From contig CAWBVY010000003.1 of the NCBI GenBank assembly GCA_963792415.1, positions 1-19,733 on the forward strand: 19,733 bases of DNA, given 5' to 3'. Source of the DNA: Candidatus Deferrimicrobiaceae bacterium (GTDB taxonomy: Bacteria; Desulfobacterota; Deferrimicrobia; Deferrimicrobiales; Deferrimicrobiaceae). Of this stretch, positions 6,813 through 17,688 are shown one piece after another; position 1 is the first letter of the stretch, and every line of letters starts with the position of its first letter. The position numbers and the translations under genes were made by a program. Under the pieces are notes generated by a model that was given only the letters and a program-made list of their open reading frames with translations, was not told the origin of the DNA and did not search any database.

Positions 6813-7217
6813 TTACTTCCTCCCCTTCTCCTGCAGGAATTCGCCGAGCGCCTTGTCGACTTTCCCGATGTGGTTGACCAGCCAGTCGCCCATGTAGCGA
6901 CCCATCTTGTCGGCCAGTTCGGGGGTGCCGCCCTTGTCGTCGTACTCGTCCCTCAGGTCGTAGAAGTCGTTGATGAACGCCACGTGCGCCCCCTTGTGGG
7001 AAGGGAACCCCGGGTAGGAGAGGCGGCGCATGTAGATCTCTTCCAGCCCGAAATGGTTGGTGACGTAGTCCTCGAGGTAGTCCAGAACCTTCACCAGGTC
7101 GTGCGCGGCGGGTTTCCCTTCCTCCCGCAACAGCGAGTTGATCGCGGCGAAAAGTTCCCGGTGCTGGGCGTCGATGGTGTCCACCCCCACCGACCATCGT
7201 TCCGTCCACTCGAACAA
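6813..7217 (-). CDS. bacteriohemerythrin (single domain)
   Basis: W...SVG..IDAQH, HFGLEE, HKGAH, WLVNHI..VD give the full di-iron ligand set; TTG start after GGAGG. Confidence 0.95.
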   Translation of the reverse strand: MFEWTERWSVGVDTIDAQHRELFAAINSLLREEGKPAAHDLVKVLDYLEDYVTNHFGLEEIYMRRLSYPGFPSHKGAHVAFINDFYDLRDEYDDKGGTPELADKMGRYMGDWLVNHIGKVDKALGEFLQEKGRK

Positions 7218-7229
7218 GATCGCCTCCGG

Positions 7230-7454
7230 TTATCCGGCCGCCGGAGAGGAGGGGTATCCCTCCTCCGCGGTCGCCTTCAACAGCATCTCCACGGTCGTCC
7301 TCGAGGGATCGCAGGCGACCACCGCGCGCGGAGGGGACAGGGTCACCTCGACCGCCTCCACCCCGGGTACCGCCGCGAGCGCCTTCTTCACCGCGGCGAC
7401 GCAATGGCCGCACGTCATCCCCGTGATCGCCAGCGCCACATGCCCTCTCTCCAT
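7230..7454 (-). CDS. copZ: heavy-metal-associated (HMA) domain chaperone, CopZ-like
   Basis: GMTCGHCV motif, AVPGV, C-terminal EEGY; 74 aa. Confidence 0.88.
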   Translation of the reverse strand: MERGHVALAITGMTCGHCVAAVKKALAAVPGVEAVEVTLSPPRAVVACDPSRTTVEMLLKATAEEGYPSSPAAG

Positions 7455-7522
7455 CGCCTCTCACCTTCCCTGTTCGCCGGTGATGTCCGGATATCCGGTC
7501 ATTATATAGTAGACTGCTGACG

Positions 7523-9017
7523 ATGATGGAGAACGGGACGATACTTGTAACCGGGGCCACCGGCTATGTGGGAGCGCGCCTGGTGACCCGCCTGCTCGCG
7601 AAAGGATACCGGGTTCGCGCCACCGGCCGTTCCCTCGCCCGCCTGCGGAAGCGCCCCTGGGCGGACCATCCCGGCGTGGAACTCCTCCCGGCCGACGTGA
7701 CCGACGCCGCGTCGATCGCGAAGGCGTGCGAGGGGTGCGCGGCGGCGTACTACCTCGTCCACTCCATGATGCCGGGGGAGGGGAAATTCGAGGAGGTGGA
7801 CCGGGAAGCGGCGCGAAACATGGCGCGGGCCGCCGGGGAGGCAGGCCTTTCGCGGCTGATCTACCTGGGCGGACTGGGGGAGGAGAACCCGTCCCTGAGC
7901 CGCCACCTCCGTTCCCGCGCGGAGGTCGCGGAGATTCTCGCCGCGGGGAAGACCCCCGTCACGATCCTGCGCGCCGCCATGATCCTCGGGGCGGGCTCCG
8001 CATCCTTCGAAATCCTGCGCTACCTGGTGGACCGTCTCCCCGTGATGATCACCCCGAAATGGGTGCACACCGAGTGCCAGCCGATCGGCATCCGGAACGT
8101 CCTCGACTACCTCGTCGGTTGCCTGGAGACGCCCGCCACGGCCGGCGGCACCTTCGACATCGGGGGCCCGGAGGTCGTCACCTACCGGGAGCTGATGCGC
8201 ATCTATGCGCGAGGAGGCCGGGCTTCCGTCCCGTCTCGTGATCCCGGTCCCGGTCCTGTCCCCCCGCCTTAGCTCCTACTGGATCCACCTCGTCACTCCC
8301 GTGCACGCGGAGGTCGCCCGGCCCCTGGCCGAGGGGCTTTCCAACCGTGTGGTCTGCCGGGACAACCGTATACTGGACCTGATCCCCGTGGAACGCTCCA
8401 CATGCCGGGAGGCGATTCACGGGGCACGGGGGCCGAGGAACTTCCGGTTCCTGGAGGCGGAACAGCCCCCGGGGTGGGTCCCCTGGGAGACGTACCGGTA
8501 CCCCGACGATCCGCCGTGGGCGGGGGGGACGTTCTACCGGGACACCCGACGGCTCTCCGTCCGCGCGACGCCGGCGGAGGTCTGGGAGCAGATCGAGGCC
8601 CTGGGCGGACAGAACGGCTGGTACAGCGCGGACTGGCTCTGGTCCCTGCGCGGCACCCTGGACCGGCTGTGCGGCGGGATCGGCATGCGAAGAGGAAACC
8701 GGAAAGGGGAACCTCTCTCCCGCGGCGCGGAGGTCGACTTCTGGCGCGTGGTCTCGGTGACGCCGCGACGGGAGTTGCGGCTGCTGGCGGAGATGAAACT
8801 TCCGGGAGAGGGAGTTCTTTCCTTCCGGCTGCGGGAGACGGACCCCGGCACCACCCAGCTGACCCAGACCGCCCAGTTCCTTCCCCGCGGCCTTGGGGGA
8901 ATCGTGTACTGGACGCTCGTCGCCCCCTTCCACCGGTTCGTCTTCCCCGGCCTCATCCGCGAGATCGCCCGGCGCACGGGGAAGCGGATCGTCTCCGGGC
9001 CGGAGCAGGTCCGATGA
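7523..9017 (+). CDS. YbjT-like atypical SDR with DUF2867-type C-terminal domain (one frameshift near 8210)
   Basis: ILVTGATGYVG, YYLVHSM, HLRSRAEV, GSASFE in frame 7523; LSSYWIHLVTP, ALGGQNGWY, LLAEMKLPG, PRGLGGIVYW in frame 8205. Removing one base in TATGCGCGAGGAG gives IYAEEAG. Confidence 0.88.
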
Positions 9018-9104
9018 TTGCTGTTTTCACAACTCCATTCCTGGGATACGATATGGACCGGAAAGCACCCGGGGTGCCCCTATAAGTCGGATTTGGGAGG
9101 CCGC

Positions 9105-10873
9105 GTGAGTTCGAATCCCCCCAGCATCTCTCCCCACGCACCCGAAAAGAACGGCTTGTTCCTCGACGACGGTTCCCGTGTCGCCGTGATCGGCGGCGGA
9201 CCCGCGGGCTCCCTCTTCACCTATTTCCTCTTCGAGATGGCGGAGCGGATCGGGATGGAACTGGCCGTGGACATCTACGAACCCAGGGACTTCACGAAAA
9301 CCGCCCCGCACGGGTGCAACATGTGCGGGGGCATCGTCTCCGAATCGCTCGTCCAGTTGCTGGCCACCGAGGGGATCAACCTCCCTTCCAGCGTCGTGCA
9401 GCGGGGGATCGACTCGTACGTCCTCCACATGGACGTGGGGACCGTGCGGATCGAGCCGACGCGCCGGGAGAAGCGGATCGCCGCCGTCTACCGCGGCGGG
9501 GGCCCGCGCGGAGTCGTCGAGTCCCGCTGGGACAGCTTCGATGCGCACCTCCTCAAACTTGCGAAGGAGCGGGGGGCGCACGTTTATCAGGAACGCGTTG
9601 AGGGGATCGACCGGAACGGCGGGAAGCCGCGCATCACGACGAAAAAGGGGACCTCCCCGGAATACGATCTCCTCGTCGGCGCGGTGGGCGTGAACACGGG
9701 CGCCCTCAAACTCTTCGAAGAGATGGGCGCGGGCTATCGGGCTCCCGGGACGACGAAGACGTACATCTGCGAGTTGTTTCTCGGAGAGAGGACGATCAAG
9801 ACGTACTTTGGAAACGCGATGCACATGTTCCTCCTCAACCTCCCCCGCCTCGAATTCGCCGCGCTGATCCCGAAGGGGGATTACGTGACGATGGTGATGC
9901 TGGGCACCGGGATCGACAAATCCCTCGTCGATGCGTTTTTCTCGGCCCCTGAAGTGCGCAAGTGCTTCCCCTCCGACTGGTCCCCGCCGGCTGATTTCTG
10001 CCGCTGCTCCCCCGCCATCAACATCTCGGCGGCGGTCAAGCCGTTCGCCGACCGGATGGTGCTCATCGGCGACAGCGGCGTGAGCCGGCTCTACAAGGAC
10101 GGGATCGGCGGGGCGTACCGGACCGCGAAGGCGGCCGCAAGGACGGCGGTGTTCGAAGGGGTAGCGGAGGAGGATTTCCGGAAGGGCTACCTCCCCGTCT
10201 GCCGGTCGCTCTCGGTGGACAACGGGATCGGGAAGGTCGTCTTCGGGATCACGACCCTGATCCAGAAAACGACCGTGCTCCGGAAGGGGCTGTTGCGGAT
10301 GACCGCGGCGGAACAGGATGGAAGCCAGTGGAAACCACGGATGAGCGACGTCCTGTGGGACACCTTCACGGGGAGCGCCCCGTACAAGGATGTCTTCCGC
10401 CGGTCGCTCCACCCCGTTTTCTCGGACACCTTTTCTACGAAACGTTGACGGGAATGCTCCCCGCGGGCCGGGAGGGCGGGAAGAAGGAGGACAAGGTGCC
10501 ATTCGGAAAGACGGGCGAACTGGGCAAGATCTACAATTCGGGGGAAATCATCGTCCGGCAGGGGGACGCCGGCGAGTGCATGTACTTCATCCAGTCCGGC
10601 AACGTCGAAGTGATCCACGAGAGCGACGGAAAGGAAGTGAAGCTCGCCGAGCTGGGGCACGGGGAGTTCTTCGGGGAGATGGCCCTCTTCGAGAAGGGGG
10701 TCCGCTCCGCCACCGTCCGCCCGCTGGGCGAAGTGCGGGTCCTCTCCGTCGACAAGCGGCTGTTCCTCCGGAAGATCCACGAGGACCCTGCGCTGGCCTT
10801 CCGCGTGATGCAGAAGATGTCCCGCCGGATCCGGGACCTCGACAAGGAACTGGGGAATCTGCGTTCGGAGTGA
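9105..10873 (+). CDS. FAD-dependent oxidoreductase (geranylgeranyl-reductase-like) running into a cNMP-binding domain (one frameshift near 10420)
   Basis: GTG 9105 after GGAGG; VAVIGGGPAG, GCNMCGG, IGDSG...KDGIGGA. The second frame continues FLGHLFYE...ELGKIYNSGEIIVRQGD..MYFIQSG..FFGEMALF...RSATV with no stop in between. Confidence 0.8.
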
Positions 10874-10915
10874 TCCACCCGCTCGAGCGACGGACAGGAA
10901 AGGAGGGTCTCGAAG

Positions 10916-11682
10916 TTGAGATTAAAGGTATCGGGCGCCGCCGGTTCCGAGGTCCCCGGGCACAACTGCCCGGCGTTCCTGATCGACGAGAAGATCCTCC
11001 TGGACGCGGACGATCGCCCTGTCCCTGAACATCCGCGAGGAGCACAGCCTGGGGTGGATCCTCCTCACGCACGCCCACCTCGACCACATCAAGGGGATCC
11101 CGTTCCTGCTCGACAACCTGGTGACCCGGAGCACCGGGAACACCATCACCGTCGCCAGCGGGAAGGACGTCCTGAACGACCTGAAGAAGAACATCTTCAA
11201 CGACAGGATCTGGCCCGACTTCTCCCGGATCCCGACCGCGCGCACACCCGGTGCTGCGGTACAAGAACATCGGCACGACGCGGCCCTTCCGGATCGACGG
11301 GTACCGGATCACGATGGAGAAGGTCCACCACACCGTCCCGGCGTACGGGTACATCGTAGAGAAGCCGGGGAACAAGGCGATCGCCTACACGGGGGACACG
11401 GGGCCGACCGACCGGTTCTGGGAGAGGATGGCCGCCCACGACGTGAAGTACCTCATCACGGAGACCTCCTTCCCCAACCGGCTGGAGAAGTTCGCGCTGA
11501 CGACCGGCCACCTGACCCCCTCCCTGCTGAAGGGGGAGATCGCGAAGACGTCTCCGCCGCCGGAGAAGATCTTCATCATGCACCTCAAGCCGCAGTTCCT
11601 GAAGGAGATCGAGACGGAGATCCGGGCGCTCGATCACGACAACATCGAGTTCCTGAAGGACGGAGAAGTGATCCTGGCCTAG
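10916..11682 (+). CDS. 3',5'-cyclic-nucleotide phosphodiesterase, class II / metallo-beta-lactamase fold (two frameshifts)
   Basis: G..GSE, LLDAG(T), THAHLDHIKG, IFNDRIWPDF, VHHTVP, YTGDTGP, ETSFPN, GHLTP, MHLKP read across three frames; shifts near 11008 and 11245. Confidence 0.88.
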
Positions 11683-11709
11683 CGCAGCGTCCCGCAGGGA
11701 TCGCCGCCG

Positions 11710-13196
11710 TCAGGAGATCCCGAAGAATCTCATCAATTTCCGGAGGAGCGCGTCGTGGAGGGTCGACGCTTCGTCGGCCACCTTGCTGATCTGCTGCACG
11801 GTCAGGTTCTTCTGGAGGCGGTCCCCCAGCGCGGAGCTCAAGCCCTCCAGGATGGACGGGTGCGAACGGATGATCGGGAGCGATGGCACCCTTCGAAATC
11901 TCGACGAGCCATACCTCGTCGACCGCGGCGTCTCGTCGCGCGGCGCTTCTCCCCGGTGAGGAGGGACATCTCCCCGAAGAAATCGCCCCCGGACAACGAG
12001 CCGACCGTCTGCCCGTCCACGGAAACCTCGAGGTTCCCGCACAGGTTGATGAAGAGGGAGTCCCCCTCCTCGCCCTGGCGCACGACGATCTCCCCGTTTC
12101 CGTAGACGCGCAGCCGTACGTGCGGCAAGAGGGCGTCCAGTTCCTCCTCGCCCAGGGGGGAAAGGATCTCGGCCTGGCGGAGGCTCCCGCGGATCGCGGC
12201 GGCGTCCATCCGGAACGGCGGGGCCGGCTCCTTCCGCACGATCTCCCGGTGCGGGTACGGAACTGCTGCCCCTCGCGCGTGACGGCGTACCAGACGCGCC
12301 GCAGGACCTTGTCGCGGGCCTCGAGGAGGTTCGCGTAGTCCTCGAGGTAGAAGCGCAGGTCGTAGTGGATGCCGCTGTCCATGAACCCGTCGACCTTCAC
12401 CCAGGGCGCCGGCATCGACAGGATCCCCGGCTCGTCCCGGAGGGCGTCGAGCAGGATCGCCTTCGCCCGTTCGGGGGAACGCGTAATCGAGGCAGGACGC
12501 TGAGGGTGACCGGCGGGGGCACGCCCGGACGGCTCCCGATGGAGTGCACCACGTTCTGCGTCATGTAAAGGTTCGGGACGTGGACCAGGTGACCCTCCAG
12601 GGTCCGGACCGTGGAGTACCGGAACCCCACGTTGACGATCTCGCCCGTGATGTCCTTTTCCTTGATCCAGACCCACGTGCCGCGCCGCGGAACGCCTCGT
12701 CGGCCTGGATCTGGAAGCCGGAGACGATGTTGGCCAGCGAGGTCTGCATCGCGAACGCGAGGGCGGCGGTGAGCACCGTGGTCGTCGTGAGGATCGACGT
12801 CATGTTGATTTCGAAGATCACGCGCAGGGCGGTCGCGCCGAAAAACAGGTACACGCCCAGCAGGAGAATGTCCCGGAGGAACGACGGGACATTCCCTTTC
12901 ATCCGGCGGTGAAGATAGGCGTCCACGAGCAGGTAGGCGACCAGGTTCGCCCAGCAGAAGAGCATGATCAGCCCGTGGATTTCCAGTATGTAGGGGGTGT
13001 ATTCCACCGGGACCTTGAAGGGTCCCACGACGTACGCAAGAAAGATCCCGAAAAGGGCCGCCTTGATCGTCAACCAGACCTTGGACATGGAAAAGTCTAT
13101 CCGCGTCACGGCGCGGACGGCGGCGATCAGGAGGAAGAACGCGAGGGGGACCAGCAGCAGGAGGGTCTCGTTGGACAGTAGGAATTTGAACGTCAT
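11710..13196 (-). CDS. MscS-family channel with C-terminal cNMP-binding domain (several frameshifts)
   Basis: N-terminal TM helices, ALAFAMQTSLANIVSG, GFRYSTVRTLEGHLVHVPN, FMDSGIHYDLRF, then YGNGEIVVRQGEEGDSLF...FFGEMSLLTGEKRRAT. Confidence 0.9.
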
Positions 13197-13452
13197 GGCC
13201 CGATCCGCTAGTTGTACCGCCGGATTTGCAATGTCCGCGTCAGCGCACCGGATCGACTTGTCAAACAGGTTTATCGCCCCGGTGGAAATGAAAGCGTACC
13301 GTTGTGGCAGATGTTAACTGACGTCGGCAAACGAATCCCGGTACGCCGCCATCCATTCCGCGACGTACCGGGATCGGTGCCCCGCTCATGTTGACAAAGA
13401 GAAACTCCTATAATCCTACCATGGGACCGCGCAATTAGTACCAAACTGAGCA

Positions 13453-14141
13453 TCACACGTTGGATATGTCTTTGACCACTCCCATTGCAAAGGAGCGTAC
13501 AAGTATATTGACTCCCTTCCCCAATTGGGGCCAAGTTACACCAAGGTCGCAAGAACCCTTTATGTGTACCACCTCTTCTGCAATATATTCCCCAATGGGA
13601 TTATTAGCACTATCGAAAAGTCGTAGTGTAACATTGCCCATCATCATCAGGAACAATGGGGGCACGTCTCGTTATATCTTCATATGCTTGTATATACACA
13701 TCAAACGTTTTTACAACAATACCATAAGCCGTCCAATTCGGATTTATGCAATACGAATTCGGATCTCCAAGATTAGCAAGGAGTTCCTCGTCAGTAAAAG
13801 TTATATATGAATCCCAACGTCCATTTCTTGTTGGCGTACTAGGCGAAGTTTGATTTCCTGTCACAGTTGTGGGGTACATGAAAGGAACCCCGACCCCTCC
13901 ATCATTGCCTCCGTTGTTTTTACATAAAACCATCGCCTCGTTCGGAAACGGCAACTGTTATCTTAACACTCGTAGGCCTTAAATCTTTATTCGCTATTCC
14001 CCTCCAACCTGAATAGACCCCTACGGTATTTTGGTATGCAGCCCATCCACTGGATGAAGCCGGCCACGCATGGGCGTCCGTGCCTCCAAGCGCCATGATG
14101 CCGATGCAGAGTGTCCCGATAATCAATAATCTCTTTACCAT
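13453..14141 (-). CDS. secreted low-GC hypothetical protein with several Cys (frameshifted; 3' end uncertain)
   Basis: GAAGGAGGGG RBS, ATG 14141, signal peptide ending AHA-W. Continues through ORFs 13610..13954 (LCKNNGGN, CINPNW) and 13453..13665 or 13271..13552. Confidence 0.7.
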
Positions 14142-14273
14142 TATTGTCCCCTCCTTCACGTCGTTATATTCGACCGGGAATGATTGACAGAATCACTCCA
14201 CACCAGCGCACTCCCTTTCCATCGTGACCGTCTCTTGATCTAACCTCCTTTCTTTAGCAAGGATCCGCCGCTT

Positions 14274-17200
14274 CCACGGAAGTGCCAAGGTCACCTTGCA
14301 ATAGAAATTTCTGCCGGGCTGTATCCTCGGGTTGTTCACGTCCGTGTCGGCGTAGTTGAATTGCTCGTCAAAAAGATCGTGGCCCCCACGGAAACGAACC
14401 CGTAGCGCTTTGGTAGACGGTAGCTGATGGCGGTATCGACGACCCAGAAGGTGTCGCTGCCGGAATTGAAGCTAAAACCGTTCTTATCCTGGAATACGCC
14501 CTCCTGATCATAATAGGTCGCGTTCATGCCGGCGCTCCGCATCCGGAGGGGTGGAGAGAACTGATCCCTAGAGGCACGGATTGGGTTTTCACGTCCTGTA
14601 TCCCCGCGTTGTATTGATCACCCCTCTCAAATTTCTCGTATACGTACCCCCCCCGGAGAGCCAGCATCGGATGAGGAGCCCAGTTCAGGTATGGCGGCCG
14701 ATGTGTTCCGTCCAGTCGGCATTCTGGAAAACAAAGGATGTCGAACCTTCCGGTTGGATTAGGTAAGGCACTTGCATGTCCCTGTAGAATATTCCGCTCC
14801 TCCGAACAGGCTTCAGAAATTTCTGGTCGACAGCGCCACCGTAGACCCACGCCTCGTCGCGTTCGAATTTCGCGAAAAACTGATTGAAGCCGCGCGACCG
14901 TGTCGGCTCAAGGGTCTGGTCCGTAACAAGCGTCCTCTTCAGCGTTCGGAACACGGCACCACGAAGAGTCGTTCCAGTAGGAAGGTCCGATGTAATACCG
15001 AGTTTCGGATTGAACTGATTTTTTTCCACATCCCGGTCGTCCCGATTGTTCTCGTCACTCTTGAAGAAGTCGCCGCTGGCGCCAGCGGTGATCGTACGGT
15101 CGGAACGGGCTTGATGTAGGCGTACAGATACACGTTGATATGGGAAATATCCAGAGCGATGCTGTCGATGCTCTCGAATAGAACCAAAGGAGGAACTTCC
15201 CCCGGCCAGGTGACATTTTCACTGGACCCGAGGGTCCTGATTTATGTTGAAGTATCCCGCGCCGACGACGGTGTTGATGTAATTGGACCGACCGGTAAAT
15301 GTTGCTGCAACTCCCCGGCTGTGTAAGCCTTTTCGATCGGTAGTGTTACCCAAGGCATCCCGTATATCCGGGGGAGGGGCCCCTATGATTGCGGGGTCGA
15401 AAAACAAGGTGTAGGCCACGCTGGCATCACGCTTGGTGTACGAAAAGTTTCCGATGAGATTGGACTGCGGTGAAAAGGACTGAAGGAATCCCAGGCGGAA
15501 ATGATCTCGGTTTTCCTCCTGATTAAGTTCTTTGGAAATGTTGTCTTTCCAGAAAAGCAGTTCGGTATCCCCTCTCTTGTTATCCCTGTATCTGTATTCA
15601 GCCTGGATGCTCGTCCGGGGAAAGAGCTGGTACTGGACATAGGCGTCAAAGATGTTGTCCCTGAGGCCGTTGTTTTCGCGGACACCGTCGGTTTTAAAGT
15701 AGTTCTGGCCCATACTGAAGGAAGCCTTGTTGTAGATTCCGGAGACAACGACCTCCTCACCCAATGTGTGTTGTTCCCGGCAATGCCACTTGCCTGGAGC
15801 GCTGTCCGGTTCCGGTTGAACAATGGGTTGAAGTCGTTGAAGGAAGGGCGACGGGCCCTCCGCGCCCGAGATGAACAGATTGCTCTCCGCCAGACGAGGT
15901 TGGATGGGGGTGATGTTGATGGGCTGAAGAAGCTGGGACACGAGCAACTCGCTCACCCTTGCGATCTGGTGGCGCGGCAACGCGGCGTAGCTGTCGGCCA
16001 GGAACCGGTGGCCGGAAAAGTGGGACGGGTCCGTATTGACCGATTTCCAGCCTTCCACCAGCGCCGCGCTGCTGGAAGCCCAGGTCCGAGTAGATCCGGG
16101 CGACGCTCGCGCTCCGTGCCGCAAGTCCGAATCGAGCAGGAGACGTGAGCGGTAGACGGCCCGGTTGTCGTTCAGGTCGATGGACTTTTTCAGGTCCTGC
16201 AATGCTTCCACGGGCCGGTTCGTGGTCTGCTTGATCGCTTCGTAGAAATACGGCGTGGGGTCCGACGGATCCAGGCTCTTGGCCATCCCGTACTGGCCGG
16301 TCGCCAGTTTGTCGCGCTTCTCTTCGTAGTAGGCCTTCCCAAGATAACTGCGTATGAGGGAATTGTTCGGGATCGAGGCTCATGGCGATCTCGATCTCCC
16401 TTCTCCCCTCCTCCAGGTGGCCTTCCCGGATCATCGCCAGGCCCAGGCCCAGCCGCGGGAGCGGATCCGAATCATCGAGCTTGATCGCTTTTTCGAAAGC
16501 TCCCTTCGCTTCCACTGTTTCGACCCGGGTCAGGTGGAGAACCCCAGTACCGTCTGCGTCCTCGAGAGGTCGGGCGGCAGCGCCGCCGCCTTCTTCGCCG
16601 AATCCAGGGACTTGTCGAGGTTGCCGAACGATTGCTGCAACTCGGCCAGCCGGGCCCAGGCGAGGGCGTTTTCGGGCGCCAGCTTCACGGCTTCCTCCAG
16701 GCTGCCCAGCGTCCCGGCAGGTCGAATTGGGCCTGCTGCGCATAGGAAAGGGCGATCGCGCCGTCGCGGATTTCGGGTCCGACTCCACCGCCTCCGGGCA
16801 AGCTCGAGGGCCATCCCCTTCTCGTTCTGCGTGACCGGCGATCATCGCCTGGAGCGCGAAGGCGTCGCTGTTCTTCGGATCGAGTTTCTTGGCCTTGCGA
16901 TGTCCGCCGTTGCCTCGTCGACCCGGCCGACGGTCAGCAGCTGCGACCTCGCGTGCTGTGTAGAAGCGCGGGAATTTCCGTCTTCCTTCCGATCCTGGGG
17001 AGGGGCATCGAGGACGGGCGGATAGTACAGCGCCCACTGGACCGCATCCCGCGGGAGCACGACAACCCGGTACACCGGGGCCTTCCCCGCCTCGGCGACC
17101 GCCGACTGCCCGTGGTGACCGGGAGGCCGCCCGCCGCGTTCGATGCCAGCACCTTGCCCTCGAAGACGGTCAGGTCGGTCTTCCCTTCCTCGACCCCGGA

Positions 17201-17660
17201 GGAAGAACTCCGTCCCTTCCACGCCGGCGTTCACGGTCGCGGTGCACCCTCAAGGTACGGCGGCGGCGTCCGGCTGAAGAAGAGCGCGGCCCCGCCGATC
17301 ATATCTATAGGGAGGTGGGCATCATCTTCATGCCCCCAAAGTAACAGTGGTGTTCTGGTCGAGACGGAGGACGGGGTGGTTGTACAGCGCGATGTCGGCC
17401 CGGCTTTTCCTGTCCGTCCGGATCGTGTCCCCCGGGCAGTACGTCTCGTTGAGTTTCGCCGGCTCCCACAGGGCCTGCCCTGCCCCCTTGACTTCCACGA
17501 CCCCCTAGACTAGACCACCTTCCGGCCCATTTCTCGCACGTAGCCGCGTGTGCTAAATAGCTGCACAACATCATTGCGATGGCTGCGGCCGTTCCCAAAG
17601 ACTACAACGTCCGGGTGAGTTCCTTCGGTTGTTGGGCTCCCCCCCCCCTTTATCGTTTAT
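14274..17660 (-). CDS. large outer-membrane protein: FecR-like domain, TPR repeats, C-terminal beta-barrel (TonB-receptor-like); heavily frameshifted, ends approximate
   Basis: Signal-like AHA-ATC; CPGDTIRT..SRA and GVEGTEF (FecR-like); TPR pieces LAPENALAWARLAEL, DPLPRLGLGLA, DPTPYFYEAI; NDNRAVYRSRLLLD; barrel pieces QFNPKLG, VDTAISYRLPKRYG, and C-terminal FYCKVTLALP. Confidence 0.82.
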
Positions 17661-17688
17661 CCTTGCCCTCCGGTTCTCAACCGTTTGG

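Noticed and set aside
8200-8220. Programmed ribosomal frameshifting in the split genes
   Set aside because: No slippery heptamer or stimulator is seen, and the many indels are better explained by sequencing error.
5333-10502. Long antisense or alternative-frame ORFs (e.g. 5333..6265, 5804..6877, 6658..7560, 9027..10502)
   Set aside because: Shadow ORFs of high-GC coding DNA overlapping well-supported genes, mostly Arg/Pro/Gly-rich and with no motifs.
13391-13414. Perfect TTGACA and TATAAT on the plus strand (antisense promoter)
   Set aside because: The spacer is only 12 nt and there is no plus-strand gene downstream; cannot be supported, although sequence deletions might have shortened it.
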